A stretch of DNA of 64,000 nt from Candidatus Omnitrophota bacterium (GCA_037146775.1 JBAWWL010000008.1:70160-134159); one strand, 5' to 3'. Positions 29,212-40,076 are shown, counted from the stretch's first letter. A program made the numbers and translations. Notes: generated from the sequence alone by a model not told the origin.

Positions 29212-30186
29212 GTGAGGATGTGGCCGAGAATTCCCCTGATACGTTTATGGCGCGTTTCTGATGTTGTCTTGTCTGTCACACTTTTGTTGTGCAATGCCAT
29301 CAAGGTTTTTAAAAAACTCAAGACGCGTGGCCAGAGTCTGGCGGTCAGCAGGCAGGTAATCTTGAGATGCTTCATGTTGCTATCGTTGAGCGTTTCTTCC
29401 TTATTTGTGACACCGCATGCTTTTTCTCAAGAGAAATATTCAACCGCAGAGAAAAAGTATATGTTGGCCTTGGCAAGGGAAACGCTGGTATGGTATTTGA
29501 AATATCATAAACTACCGCAACCGGACACAGCAACGCTTTCCGGTAATCTGAAAGAAAAGAGGCCTTGTTTTGTGACTTTGATGAAGAAAGGGAATTTACG
29601 AGGGTGTGTAGGATTGTTTGAATTCGAAAAGCCTTTATATGAGAATATCATTGATAGAACGATAGTCGCCGCCGTACACGATGACAGGTTTTTTCCTGTC
29701 TCATACGATGAGTTAAGAGATATTACGCTTGAGATAAGCATTTTGACCGAACCAAAAGAATTAACTTTTACTACTGCCGAAGATCTGCTGAATAAATTAA
29801 TTCCCTTCGAAGACGGGGTCATTTTGTATACCCCCTATGGCAGTTCCACGTATTTACCTCAAGTGTGGGAACAATTACCGGACAAAGAAGCATTCCTGTC
29901 TCAGCTATGCGCCAAACACGGTGCTCCTGGAAATTATTGGAAAACTAATTATAAAAAGATTAGAGTTGAGATATATAAGGCAATTCACTTTAAGGAAGAA
30001 TCTTCCGCGGCAGGAAAGATTGTCGGGCCTGGTGGTGCGCTGGCAGGTAAGGGTGGAGCTAAAGTTATCGGCATAGTAGCTTTGACTAAAGAAGGTTCTC
30101 CTGCGCCATATGTTGTCAATGAGGGCGTCCCGTTACAGCCGGGGACGATTGTTGCCGAAGATTCAATTATTGTAGACAGGCAATGA
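29212..30186 (+). CDS. AMMECR1-domain protein with Gly/Ala-rich C-terminal extension
   Basis: KRPCFVTLMKKGNLRGCVG is the AMMECR1 core motif. The true start may be an internal Met (MLLSLSV...). Confidence 0.6.
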   Translation: MRMWPRIPLIRLWRVSDVVLSVTLLLCNAIKVFKKLKTRGQSLAVSRQVILRCFMLLSLSVSSLFVTPHAFSQEKYSTAEKKYMLALARETLVWYLKYHKLPQPDTATLSGNLKEKRPCFVTLMKKGNLRGCVGLFEFEKPLYENIIDRTIVAAVHDDRFFPVSYDELRDITLEISILTEPKELTFTTAEDLLNKLIPFEDGVILYTPYGSSTYLPQVWEQLPDKEAFLSQLCAKHGAPGNYWKTNYKKIRVEIYKAIHFKEESSAAGKIVGPGGALAGKGGAKVIGIVALTKEGSPAPYVVNEGVPLQPGTIVAEDSIIVDRQ

Positions 30187-30626
30187 ACATATTGTTGTAT
30201 TTTAAGTCGCTTTTTTTAAAGCTGATCGATAAGCTGTTTGGTCGGACAGGTATTTTTATCACTTTTTTAGGTTGGTTTTTATTGCTTACCGGCCTTTGGA
30301 TGTTAGCAAACCCGGAAAGAGCCAGGAGGAGCTTGTCCGGCCAAAGTTTTGTACTTGCTAAAGGATATGTGTTGATATCGGTATTATTTTTGGGAACACT
30401 TTTGTTTTCGCTCAATGGTAAATTAAGCGGCGTTATATCCTTTAATATACTGCTTGTGGCAATCGTATTGTTGGTACAGGTTTATTTTGTATTAAAGAAA
30501 AGAATTGCTCAAAAAATCAATGCGTGGACAGGAAAAGTGCCAATAAAATTTCTAAGAATATATGCGATAATCCAAATCTTTATCGCTGTGGCCATGTTAT
30601 TCCTACATAAGCGAATCTGGTATTAA
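30183..30626 (+). CDS. polytopic membrane protein
   Basis: 147 aa, 4 TM. Confidence 0.45.
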   Translation: MNILLYFKSLFLKLIDKLFGRTGIFITFLGWFLLLTGLWMLANPERARRSLSGQSFVLAKGYVLISVLFLGTLLFSLNGKLSGVISFNILLVAIVLLVQVYFVLKKRIAQKINAWTGKVPIKFLRIYAIIQIFIAVAMLFLHKRIWY

Positions 30627-30725
30627 CTGTTTTTGTGTATAGCAAGGTATTTGTGACGTAATATTAAGCCTTTCCGTTGTAAAATGTTTAAACTTATTTC
30701 ATGTAGTGGTATAATCAAAAATACA

Positions 30726-31724
30726 ATGAACAACGTTAAAAAAGTATTGTTTCTTGGGATTGTCTTGAGTATATTTTTATTCATACCGCAGAAGGCTGTC
30801 TGTGGAGCAAAAAATTATCGTGGTAAGAAAATACTCTATATAAACTCGTATCACCAAGGTTATTACTGGAGTGACGGCGAACAGAATGCCGCTCAAAAGT
30901 CCTTGAGCGATACGGGTGTACAGTTTACGATCGCATACATGGATACCAAGAATAATCCTTCCGCTGAATTTAGCAGGCGAGCCGGCCTAAAAATAAAAAA
31001 GTTAATTCAAGAGTTTAAGCCCGACGTAGTGATCGCCGCGGATGATACCGCATTTAGGTATGTGATTATGCCTTATTACCGCAATAAGCCGTTGCCGGTT
31101 GTATTGTGCGGTATTAACTGGGATTTATCGCCCTACGGCGCACCGTACAAAAATACTACCGGTATGTTAGAAATAGGATTGGTCGAGTCGATTTATAAAC
31201 ATTTAAGGAAAATTGCAAAGGGTAACAGGGTCGGGCTTATCAGCTTTGATTCGTTCGGCGAGCGCAAAAACGCAGGATATTATCGTCAATATATCGACGG
31301 AGAATTCATCCGGGTTGAGTTTGTGAAAGACTTTGCGTCCTGGAAGCAGAAATTTATTGAAATGCAGGATAAGGTTGATATGCTTATTGTCGCCGACCCC
31401 TCCGGAATTAGAAACTGGAATATAACCCAAGCGGAGCAGTTTGTCTTAGAGCACATACGTATTCCTGTCGGGACAGAAACGATATCGATGATTCCGATCG
31501 CTTTGGTCGGAGTGACAAAAGTTCCCGAAGAACAAGGGGAATATGCTGCTCGAACGGCCTTGCGCATTCTTGACGGAGAAAAGCCTTCGGATATTCCGAT
31601 TGTCAGCAATAAAAAAGGGAATCTATATGTAAATTTGAAAATTGCTAACAAGCTGGGTGTTATATTTAATCCGGCGACACTTAGGAGCGCAAAAGCTGTT
31701 ATCGGCAGCGGAGAAAAGAACTAA
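30726..31724 (+). CDS. periplasmic substrate-binding protein (ABC-transporter SBP-like, COG2984-type) associated with the sensor kinase
   Basis: Signal peptide; KILYINSYHQGYYWSD...VVIAADDTAF pattern of PBP-like sensor-accessory proteins; lies immediately upstream of the histidine kinase. Confidence 0.5.
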   Translation: MNNVKKVLFLGIVLSIFLFIPQKAVCGAKNYRGKKILYINSYHQGYYWSDGEQNAAQKSLSDTGVQFTIAYMDTKNNPSAEFSRRAGLKIKKLIQEFKPDVVIAADDTAFRYVIMPYYRNKPLPVVLCGINWDLSPYGAPYKNTTGMLEIGLVESIYKHLRKIAKGNRVGLISFDSFGERKNAGYYRQYIDGEFIRVEFVKDFASWKQKFIEMQDKVDMLIVADPSGIRNWNITQAEQFVLEHIRIPVGTETISMIPIALVGVTKVPEEQGEYAARTALRILDGEKPSDIPIVSNKKGNLYVNLKIANKLGVIFNPATLRSAKAVIGSGEKN

Positions 31725-31726
31725 CG

Positions 31727-33553
31727 ATGCTGAAACTTTCTATAAGAACCAAAATTATCATAGCTTTCTTTATCCTCATTATGCTTTCCGTATCTTTTCT
31801 ACTTATCAGTTTTCCTTCTTTGTCTAAAATCAACGCCTTATCTTTCGCGGCGATTCCTTTAAGCAGGGAAATTAATATTTTGCAAGATTATGATGAAGGC
31901 GTGAAGTATTTGGCAAATAAAATTGAATTATATTTTAATATACGAAGCGAAGAGACGAAAGGGGAGGTGCTTGCGGCCGTAAAGCAGGTAAACGTGTTAG
32001 CAACGCAGCATAAACAGGAAAAGGCCTTGAGCCCGCTTGCGGGCATGTTTGATTTGGTTTTAGAATTAAACAACGCCGTCGTAGAGCTCATGAGTTATAT
32101 GGACAAGAGTGAATCCGCCTATAAAATCAATCTGCAGATTGTTACCGTTAATAAACTCTTTGAAGCTTTCGACCAGATGCAAAATAATCTGCAGGAAGCA
32201 AGGTTGGTGCAGCTGCAGAAAAATGTACATTCACAAACGGAAATTACTCGCGTGCTTTTAGACAAGTTTTTGATGATAGAAATATTTATTATTGTCGTTG
32301 GTTTACTGTCATCGATAATTTTATCTAGAATAATTACCAGAAATTTATTGAAATTACGTAAAGGAACCCAGGAAATCGCCGAGGGTAATTTTTTGGCGCG
32401 CATTGATATATCTTCAGGCGACGAAATAGAAGAATTAGCCCGGTCTTTTAATATGATGGCAGATCACCTGCGAAAAACAACCGTTTCCAAAGATTATATG
32501 GATAATGTCATTCATACCATGGCGGAAACGTTGATTGTTGTCAACCCGGATCTCACGATTAGCAGCGTGAACCAGGCGACATGCGGGCTCTTGGGGTATT
32601 CCGAAAGTGAACTTATCGGCAAGTCCGTTATGATGTTATTTTCTGTCGAAGGAGCGCTCATGGAGAATGTTGAGTTTGATCATCTTATTAAGGATGCAAA
32701 ACTCATGAATTGCGAGATAAACTATCGAGCGAAAAATGGCAGAAAGATCCCTATTATTCTTAGTACGTCGGCCATGAAGGATAAAGATAATAACACCATA
32801 CGTATTATTTGTACGGCAACAGATATTATTGAGCGTAAAATAGCGGAGGAGAAATTAAAAGAGGTGGCGGAGCTGAAGTCGAAATTAACCTCTATGGTTT
32901 CCCATGAGCTGCGAACGCCGCTAGCGGCAATTAAGACCGGAATTAGTATTGTTTTGGACGGCTTGACCGGTGGGATCAATGTTGAACAGAAAGAAGTCTT
33001 GGATATCGTAAAAACAAACGTTGATAGATTAGCCCGTCTGATCAATGATGTCTTAGATTTTCATAAACTTGAATCAAAAAAGATGCAATTGAAAATGGAT
33101 GAAAATGATATTGCCGAGGTTATCAGGGAAATTTATGATACGATGAATCCCATGGTTGAGCAGAAGGGATTGACGTTTATATTGAACTTGTCGGCGCCGT
33201 TGCCGAAAGTCATCTTTGACAGGGATAGGATGATTCAGGTGCTTAGTAACCTAGTTAATAACGCCATTAAATTTACGCAAAAGGGCTCAATTACAATAAC
33301 CGCGGAAAAAGAATCACAGGGATTACATGTAGCAGTTATTGATACTGGCATAGGTATCAAACAGGAAGATATTGCCAGGTTATTTCATTCGTTCGAACAA
33401 TTAGAAACTCCGGATAACGCCAAAATAGAGGGAACAGGGCTGGGCCTTGCTATTTGCAATGAGATCATTGAGCAGCACGGCGGCGAAATTTGGGTAGAAT
33501 CAGAAATTGGCAAAGGATCTTTTTTTCATTTCATTATACCGTTCCAACGATAG
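31727..33553 (+). CDS. sensor histidine kinase (TM-HAMP-PAS-HisKA-HATPase_c)
   Basis: H-box SHELRTPL; N/G1/G2 boxes (LVNNAIKFT, DTGIGI, GTGLGLAI); PAS segment. Confidence 0.9.
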   Translation: MLKLSIRTKIIIAFFILIMLSVSFLLISFPSLSKINALSFAAIPLSREINILQDYDEGVKYLANKIELYFNIRSEETKGEVLAAVKQVNVLATQHKQEKALSPLAGMFDLVLELNNAVVELMSYMDKSESAYKINLQIVTVNKLFEAFDQMQNNLQEARLVQLQKNVHSQTEITRVLLDKFLMIEIFIIVVGLLSSIILSRIITRNLLKLRKGTQEIAEGNFLARIDISSGDEIEELARSFNMMADHLRKTTVSKDYMDNVIHTMAETLIVVNPDLTISSVNQATCGLLGYSESELIGKSVMMLFSVEGALMENVEFDHLIKDAKLMNCEINYRAKNGRKIPIILSTSAMKDKDNNTIRIICTATDIIERKIAEEKLKEVAELKSKLTSMVSHELRTPLAAIKTGISIVLDGLTGGINVEQKEVLDIVKTNVDRLARLINDVLDFHKLESKKMQLKMDENDIAEVIREIYDTMNPMVEQKGLTFILNLSAPLPKVIFDRDRMIQVLSNLVNNAIKFTQKGSITITAEKESQGLHVAVIDTGIGIKQEDIARLFHSFEQLETPDNAKIEGTGLGLAICNEIIEQHGGEIWVESEIGKGSFFHFIIPFQR

Positions 33554-33563
33554 GTGGCTTGAT

Positions 33564-33935
33564 ATGGCAAGAAAAATTTTAGTCATAGAAGATGAGTTAA
33601 GCGTCCGCAGGCTTGTTGAATTTATATTCAGTAAGAATGGTTTCGAGGTCGTAGGTGCAGGAAATGGTCAGGAAGGATTAGATTTGGCCCGTCAACATAA
33701 TCCCGATCTTATCATACTTGATTTACGTCTACCTATTATGGATGGAGTCGCGGTCGGCAAGGAGCTTAAAGGCGATGAAAAATTACGAAAGATCCCGGTA
33801 ATTTTGGTAACTGCGAGTACTGATAACATAGAGGAAAAAGTTAGAGAAAGCCTGGTAGATAGTTATTTTTTGAAGCCGTTTGATTACCAGGAATTATTAA
33901 AAAAAGTCGAAGAGCTTTTGAGGCGAGAATTGTAA
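33564..33935 (+). CDS. single-domain response regulator (CheY-like receiver)
   Basis: ILVIEDE...DLIILDLRLP...K receiver motifs. Confidence 0.85.
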   Translation: MARKILVIEDELSVRRLVEFIFSKNGFEVVGAGNGQEGLDLARQHNPDLIILDLRLPIMDGVAVGKELKGDEKLRKIPVILVTASTDNIEEKVRESLVDSYFLKPFDYQELLKKVEELLRREL

Positions 33936-33991
33936 ATTCTGTGCGTGGTTGCGTCGCGACGGAAAAATTTGTGTAAGCCAAGGAGGAGGCT

Positions 33992-34375
33992 ATGGGCAAG
34001 AAAAAAATATTATTAGTAGATGACGAGGTTGATTTTTTGATCCTGATGAAAAAAATAATTATATCGTGGGGATACGATATAATAACTGCATCAAACAGTC
34101 AAGAGGCGCTAGCGGCGTTTCAGAAAGAGAAGCCGAATATTCTTATAGTAGACTATGCAATGCCGGAGGTCAATGGGATTGAGCTTTTAGAGAAAATACG
34201 TTCTTTAGTTGGCGGTGGGGTCCCGGCTATAATGTTTGCGGCAGAGCCGAGCATGAAGGCGATGGAGAAGGCAAAAGATCTGCGCATTTCAGCGTTTATT
34301 CCCAAGATAAGCCCGCGCATGCATACGCACGAAGATTTAAAAATGGCTCTGGATTTGATAGCTAAAGGAATATAA
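33992..34375 (+). CDS. single-domain response regulator (CheY-like receiver)
   Basis: ILLVDDE...ILIVDYAMP receiver motifs. Confidence 0.8.
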   Translation: MGKKKILLVDDEVDFLILMKKIIISWGYDIITASNSQEALAAFQKEKPNILIVDYAMPEVNGIELLEKIRSLVGGGVPAIMFAAEPSMKAMEKAKDLRISAFIPKISPRMHTHEDLKMALDLIAKGI

Positions 34376-34485
34376 TTTTGTGGTTGTAGATCATTTTTCT
34401 TTGTTTTCTCGCCAGAACTTGATGTTGACACCGTAGATAAAAATGTTATAGTACTTTTAATCAAACCAATAAAGGAGGGTGTTTT

Positions 34486-34944
34486 ATGAAACAATTTCTT
34501 GGGACAGTTCTTGTCTTGCTTATGGCAGCAGGGTTTAGTGTTGCGGCTGGTTTGTATTTTACCAAGGATTATCAAACACGATTGCATGCTCTTGAGCAGC
34601 AGGGTAAGCTTGCCGATCAGGATATAGATAGTATACAGGAGATTGTGAGTAATTTAAAAACAAATATCGAAGCAATAAACACTCAGTTTAAAATGTACGC
34701 CGATAGCGCGACAGCTGTTGAAGGAAAAATAAAGATTAGCCAGGAAAAGATAGAAGCTATTTCTTTCAAGATTGACGAAATCAATAAAAATATTCAAAGT
34801 TTACAAAAAAGTTATAACACAATGGCTGTCGAACCAAAACAGCAAACTCAAGCTTCGCAAGGCTCTACTACGATCGTTAAGGTCGAAGACGTAAAAAAAG
34901 TTGATTTAGGTGAGATTGCTGTTCAAAAAGCCGAACCAAGATAA
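34486..34944 (+). CDS. secreted coiled-coil protein
   Basis: Signal peptide plus heptad-rich sequence. Confidence 0.45.
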   Translation: MKQFLGTVLVLLMAAGFSVAAGLYFTKDYQTRLHALEQQGKLADQDIDSIQEIVSNLKTNIEAINTQFKMYADSATAVEGKIKISQEKIEAISFKIDEINKNIQSLQKSYNTMAVEPKQQTQASQGSTTIVKVEDVKKVDLGEIAVQKAEPR

Positions 34945-34958
34945 TTTACTACCCCTAC

Positions 34959-35882
34959 ATGCAGAATCTTTTTATTAACGTGACAGGAATATATTTAATT
35001 ACCACAGGAACTATTCTTGTTGCCGTATCGTTTTTTGTCGGCTTACTGAGTAAGAATCCTGGGGCATATAAGTTTTCTCACGAATTTCCATTTTTTTTAG
35101 CCCCAATTGTCTATATTCTTTTGCTAGGATGTTGGCCGATTTTCACCGGAATGGCGCTGATGGCAAAGAAAAACTGGGCGCGCTATTCGCTCTTTGTCAT
35201 GTCTATTTTTGCCATTGCGATCGGTCTTTCTTCCGGCTTCTCCCTGCTTTTTTTATCACGATCGCAAGCGACAGTAGACGCCACCGCCCGTTCTCTCTAT
35301 GCGTTTTTTATCTCTCTTGTTAATTTCATTTTTTTTATCGGCATACCTACTTATTTTCTCATATTTTTCAATAAAAAGGCCGTAAGGCAGCTGTTTTCTC
35401 CCCGAGATGTGCTCTCGAGGGGGGAGCGTAGAACTTTTGGCATTACATTGATTGCTTTTATTGCTTTTGTCAACGCCATATTCTTGTGTATATTTACTTT
35501 TTCCTCGGTGCACAATAAGATCCCGCTTTTCGGAACTTTTTCTTTATCGGGACACTCTGCAAAGGCGTACTTTTTTATTTGCGCGCTTATCAATATTTAT
35601 ATTGCTTTTGGTTTCTTCTATAGAAGGAAATTGGCGTGGTTTACGTATATTATCTTTACTCTTATCAGCGTGGTAATAGGTATTATCAATAGTTTTTCCG
35701 TAACAAGCATACGCCTGCGCGAGAGCGTTCCAAATGTAACAACCAGCTACAATGATATTCCGAAAATAGTATATAATGTTTCTGGAGGTGTCGGGATATT
35801 AATTACCCTCGTATTCCTATGCTACGTTATCTCAAAAAAACAATTCTTTAGCAAACGTTCAGCTAAAACTATCGGGACATAA
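34959..35882 (+). CDS. polytopic membrane protein
   Basis: 307 aa, ~8 TM. Confidence 0.5.
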   Translation: MQNLFINVTGIYLITTGTILVAVSFFVGLLSKNPGAYKFSHEFPFFLAPIVYILLLGCWPIFTGMALMAKKNWARYSLFVMSIFAIAIGLSSGFSLLFLSRSQATVDATARSLYAFFISLVNFIFFIGIPTYFLIFFNKKAVRQLFSPRDVLSRGERRTFGITLIAFIAFVNAIFLCIFTFSSVHNKIPLFGTFSLSGHSAKAYFFICALINIYIAFGFFYRRKLAWFTYIIFTLISVVIGIINSFSVTSIRLRESVPNVTTSYNDIPKIVYNVSGGVGILITLVFLCYVISKKQFFSKRSAKTIGT

Positions 35883-35905
35883 TACATAAGATATTTTAAA
35901 CAGTT

Positions 35906-36694
35906 ATGAGTGACGCGACACATAAAGATCCGAAAGTGTTAGAAGAGGAAGCGTATGTGTATCTTTATCACGAAAAATACCACGAAGCTTTCGGTTTGTT
36001 CAAAAAAGCGGGCGATCTCTATAGAGTAATAGGAAACCATAAGCAGGCCGCAATTTGCTTAGCAGCCGCCGGCAGTAGCTGGAGCATTAAATCCGGAGAG
36101 AAAACTTTTTATAACGCGGCAGTATCATATGAAGAGGCCGCGAAAGAAGCGCGGTCGGCAGGAGATTATGAATATGCTTCTATGCTTTATAGATATGCGG
36201 CAGTCAATTATGAAAAAGATATGGAGTTTTATAATTTTTCTGAATGTTTTTATCGTTCAAAGCAGTGCCGCAGGAAATTTATAACTTATCTTTTGATAAA
36301 TCCGAAAAAAATTCGTCCGATTGCCAAAATCGAAGAAGAGCATGGGATAAAGAACTTTATCAAACTGCTTTTCTCTTGGTTTGCTTTGAGCATTGCTTCT
36401 CTTGTCTGGGGGTACGGAGAGCGTCCTTGGCGGGCAGCCTATGCGGCATTATCGGTGATTTGTGTTTCAGCCGGACTCTATACGTGTGGAACCCTCGCAA
36501 GAGGCGCGGTACCGTTTCAGCCAAATTTTATCGAGGCAATGTATTTTAGCATTGTAACTTTTTCAACGGTCGGCTATGGCGATATTGTGCCGGTTGGGTT
36601 CAGTAAGGTCGTCGCCGCCGGAGAAGTGTTATCGGGAATGCTTACGACGTCAATCTTCATCGTTTCACTTTCCAGAAAATATCTGCGTATTTAG
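35906..36694 (+). CDS. two-TM potassium channel family protein with N-terminal helical (TPR-like) domain
   Basis: Pore helix plus selectivity filter TVGYGD between two TM helices. Confidence 0.75.
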   Translation: MSDATHKDPKVLEEEAYVYLYHEKYHEAFGLFKKAGDLYRVIGNHKQAAICLAAAGSSWSIKSGEKTFYNAAVSYEEAAKEARSAGDYEYASMLYRYAAVNYEKDMEFYNFSECFYRSKQCRRKFITYLLINPKKIRPIAKIEEEHGIKNFIKLLFSWFALSIASLVWGYGERPWRAAYAALSVICVSAGLYTCGTLARGAVPFQPNFIEAMYFSIVTFSTVGYGDIVPVGFSKVVAAGEVLSGMLTTSIFIVSLSRKYLRI

Positions 36695-36873
36695 GTAATC
36701 CAAGGCTTTTTTCCTTCATTACAAATCTTTAAAATTTAATTTGACAATTTCTCTAAGACTATTATAATTCCTTTTTCGTGATTAATTTGGCTTGTAGTGT
36801 CCCGGTATGCTTTTTAAAAAAGCATATTCTCGTTCGCTTAGCGAGCGATAAAATTTTTTTAAGGAGGATCGTT

Positions 36874-37059
36874 ATGGTAGAAAGAATCTTTCGTGTGATG
36901 AGCAACTCAGGTGAACACTTGACTGCCGAAGCTATCGCGATGGCGCTTTTAAAACAAATTACCCTTTCTTCGGATGGCCGCAAGGAGACTTTTGCGGTAA
37001 AGGAAATAGCTGGAGAAAACAATTTGCCAAATAACTGTCAAAAAACTTGTTGTTCCTAA
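36874..37059 (+). CDS. small hypothetical protein (61 aa)
   Basis: RBS AAGGAGG 6 nt upstream; preceded by two palindromes (ATGCTTTTTAAAAAAGCAT, TCGTTCGCTTAGCGAGCGA). Confidence 0.35.
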   Translation: MVERIFRVMSNSGEHLTAEAIAMALLKQITLSSDGRKETFAVKEIAGENNLPNNCQKTCCS

Positions 37060-37365
37060 TCTCGTAAAAGACCGCCAGTCTTTAGCTATACCCCTAAACG
37101 TTTGAGTGTGTGCGTCTACACCAAGGGTGGTTCTTTTCCAAAGGGGTAAACGCTATCATTCGATAACTCTTCAGTAGCTCTAATTCTTTGCTTTAGACGA
37201 TTTCATAAAATAGGATAGCCATTGCAGGCGTTTCTTGGCGATGCGGCTGATATTTTTATGCGTTTTTGCCGAATATCGCAATGTGCGGGTGAAATACCCC
37301 ATCATTTTTCAATATTTCTCATATTTATATTGCTATGTGTTAACCGCATGGTATAATCAAAACAT

Positions 37366-37545
37366 ATGAAGAATCGCCGTGAATTACTATTTTTATCACT
37401 AGCGATGTGTGCGTGTATATCTTTAACGGGATGTGAGCTTTTGACTCTTCCCTTGCAGGCTGCCGGAATGGCGGTCGGCCTTGCATCTGATGCTTTTGAA
37501 TTGTATCAATCCTTGCCTTTACCTCCGCCGTGGATGTTCATATAA
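37366..37545 (+). CDS. small lipoprotein (59 aa), not in ORF track
   Basis: MKNRRELLFLSLAMCACISLTGC lipobox. Confidence 0.35.
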   Translation: MKNRRELLFLSLAMCACISLTGCELLTLPLQAAGMAVGLASDAFELYQSLPLPPPWMFI

Positions 37546-37645
37546 GAGCCTTCCATTACCTATATTTTCATTGTATTATTAGCGGGTATTTTAAAAGAAG
37601 AAGAATATAGTTTTTTATCGTGACATTCTGCTTTGTGTAAAGTGT

Positions 37646-38515
37646 ATGGCGCAGAAAAATCATAAAATTCATCTTGAATCATTATCAAAATCAAAAGATA
37701 CTTTTCCAAGTGCGGCGATACGAGAAGCATTGCGTGTTTACTATAAAACTTCCGCCCCGTATCTTAAACAGCCAGCCCTCGACAAAGCTTATTTTAGCGG
37801 ATACGTTGCTTGGTTGTCTCAATATGCGCCAAAAGGCGCGCGAATTCTAGACGTAGGCTGTGGTACTGGTTTGTCTTCCTGCCTTTTAAAGCAGAATGGC
37901 TTTGAGGTGATAGGAATGGATATTTCGTTTTGTCTTTTAGAGAAGACTTGTCGTCAAGGACTCGAGAGTGCAGAGTATGTTGTGGCTGACGCGGTTGACT
38001 TGCCTTTTCGTGATGCATCTTTTGACGTTATTGGTTCAATGTCTTGCCTGGAGCATATTCCTGACACAGAGCAGTTGCTTGAGGAGATGATGCGGGTGCT
38101 TAAGCGCAGAGGTTTCATGCTTATCATGGCGCCAAATTTACTGAGTCCATTTCTGGCATTATCCGTTTTTTTTCGCATATGTTTTAAAAAGAAAGGTATG
38201 CCGGGTTTTGCTTCGACTCCCCGAGAAGCGCTTCGGTTATTTTTTAGAAACTTGTTCGTTTCGTTGAGAAAAAAAATAAATAAAAGTGCGCAGTTTTTGT
38301 ATCGGCGCCCGGACCTATCGTGTGCCTATGGCGGAGACGTGGACGGTGTTTATTTGGCTTGTCAGATTGATTTGAAAAATTTCTTCACGAACAACAAATG
38401 GGAAATTATTGAGTATGCGACCAATAAAGGAATCCGTTCTTGCTGGGCAAAAATCATTACAAAGGTTTTTCCTGATTTCTGTGGTGCGTGTAGTATTGTG
38501 GTGAGAAAACCTTAA
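37646..38515 (+). CDS. class I SAM-dependent methyltransferase
   Basis: ILDVGCGTGLSS motif I; Methyltransf_11-like. Confidence 0.75.
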   Translation: MAQKNHKIHLESLSKSKDTFPSAAIREALRVYYKTSAPYLKQPALDKAYFSGYVAWLSQYAPKGARILDVGCGTGLSSCLLKQNGFEVIGMDISFCLLEKTCRQGLESAEYVVADAVDLPFRDASFDVIGSMSCLEHIPDTEQLLEEMMRVLKRRGFMLIMAPNLLSPFLALSVFFRICFKKKGMPGFASTPREALRLFFRNLFVSLRKKINKSAQFLYRRPDLSCAYGGDVDGVYLACQIDLKNFFTNNKWEIIEYATNKGIRSCWAKIITKVFPDFCGACSIVVRKP

Positions 38516-38528
38516 AGTGAGATAAGAT

Positions 38529-39269
38529 ATGCCAATACTTTCGGTTACCGGATTAACAAAGACGTACGCAGATACTGTTGCGGTGGATGATATCTCTTTC
38601 AGTGTGCATCGCAATGAAATTGTGGGCTTGCTTGGCCCAAACGGAGCAGGCAAGACCACCACTATTGATATGATTCTTAGCATTCTTGAACCAAATGCCG
38701 GAGTTATCGCTATTGATGGTTTGGATATTTCTTTACATCGTTCCCAGGCTATCGCACGCACAAATTTTTCTGCCGTCTATACTCCTTTGCCCGGCAATTT
38801 AACTGTTGCGCAGAATTTACGTATTTTTGGCCGTCTCTACAGCGTTAAGGATCTTCCGAGTCGAATCGAAGAAATGCTTGCTCGTTTTGATCTTGTAAAG
38901 TTTCGCGACAAAAAATGCGGCGTACTTTCTTCGGGTGAGCAGACACGTGTGAGTCTGGCTAAATCCATGCTTAATAATCCCCAATTGCTTTTACTTGATG
39001 AGCCAACGGCGTCGCTTGATCCGGCTACTGCACGGGATATACGCGTAAAAATGCGTGAATTCGCGACACAAGGAGGGGGTGGGGTGCTTTGGACATCACA
39101 TAATATGTATGAAGTGGAAGAGATATGTGATCGCGTGCTTTTTCTTTCGCACGGCAAAATTATTCTTGAAGGTAATCCAAAAACTTTGCCCGCACAACAT
39201 CGTAAAAAAACACTCGAAGAGCTTTTTATCGCCGTGGCGCGCGAACCGCTTACTTTACGGGAGAATTAA
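38529..39269 (+). CDS. ABC transporter ATP-binding protein (ABC-2 type)
   Basis: Walker A GPNGAGKTT, signature LSSGEQTRVSLA, Walker B LLLLDEP. Confidence 0.9.
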   Translation: MPILSVTGLTKTYADTVAVDDISFSVHRNEIVGLLGPNGAGKTTTIDMILSILEPNAGVIAIDGLDISLHRSQAIARTNFSAVYTPLPGNLTVAQNLRIFGRLYSVKDLPSRIEEMLARFDLVKFRDKKCGVLSSGEQTRVSLAKSMLNNPQLLLLDEPTASLDPATARDIRVKMREFATQGGGGVLWTSHNMYEVEEICDRVLFLSHGKIILEGNPKTLPAQHRKKTLEELFIAVAREPLTLREN

Positions 39270-39272
39270 TCC

Positions 39273-40076
39273 ATGTCTTTTTACAGAATTTTTACCATTG
39301 TGCTTCGCCAGCTTTATCTTATCCGCGGCAGCTTCTCGCGAGTATTTCCGCTTTTTGCCTGGATCGGAGTCGATATGATTCTGTGGGGATTTCTTACGAG
39401 ATATCTTAATACTGTAGCTCTTCCCGGTTTTAATTTTGTTCCTGCACTTCTCGGTGCGGTTCTGTTGTGGGATTTTTTTGGACGTATCATGCAAGGTGTT
39501 ACCATCGCATTTTTTGAAGATGTCTGGTCGCGTAATTTCCTTAATATATTTGCGACGCCGCTTTTGATATCCGAATATGTCAGCGGTCTTGTCTTAACGA
39601 GCATCCTGACGAGTTTAGTAGGGTTGGTTGTGATGTGTGTGATAGCAACTATTTTTTTTAAGTTATCATTTTTTGCCTATGGCCTCATGGTGATGCCGTT
39701 TCTTTTGGTGCTTTTTTTATTTGGTATCGCACTCGGTATTTTCGGGAGCGCACTCGTGTTTCGTCTTGGCCCGGCATCGGAATGGTTTATTTGGCCGATC
39801 CCTGCATTTATTTCGCCGTTTGCCGGAGTATTGTATCCTATTTCAACGCTGCCGCATTGGATGCAGTTTATTTCGAAAATATTGCCGCCAGCGTATGTCT
39901 TTGAAGAGTTAAGAGCAATTATTCAAGGCAGAACGGTTTCGTGGATGCCGCTTGTTATTGCTACAGTTCTTTCGCTCCTATATATATTGTTGGCATATTG
40001 GCTTTTTACGAGAATTTACCGCAGTGCGTTGCGCAGTGGCCTTATAGCTCGCTATAGTGCAGAAAGCGTCAGCTAA
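39273..40076 (+). CDS. ABC-2 type transporter permease
   Basis: 267 aa, 6 TM; immediately downstream of the ATPase. Confidence 0.8.
   Translation: MSFYRIFTIVLRQLYLIRGSFSRVFPLFAWIGVDMILWGFLTRYLNTVALPGFNFVPALLGAVLLWDFFGRIMQGVTIAFFEDVWSRNFLNIFATPLLISEYVSGLVLTSILTSLVGLVVMCVIATIFFKLSFFAYGLMVMPFLLVLFLFGIALGIFGSALVFRLGPASEWFIWPIPAFISPFAGVLYPISTLPHWMQFISKILPPAYVFEELRAIIQGRTVSWMPLVIATVLSLLYILLAYWLFTRIYRSALRSGLIARYSAESVS

Noticed and set aside
29212-29400. N-terminal 60 aa of the AMMECR1 ORF as a real signal peptide
   Set aside because: AMMECR1 proteins are cytoplasmic. The upstream part is more likely 5' UTR read-through of the ORF finder, and the start is uncertain.
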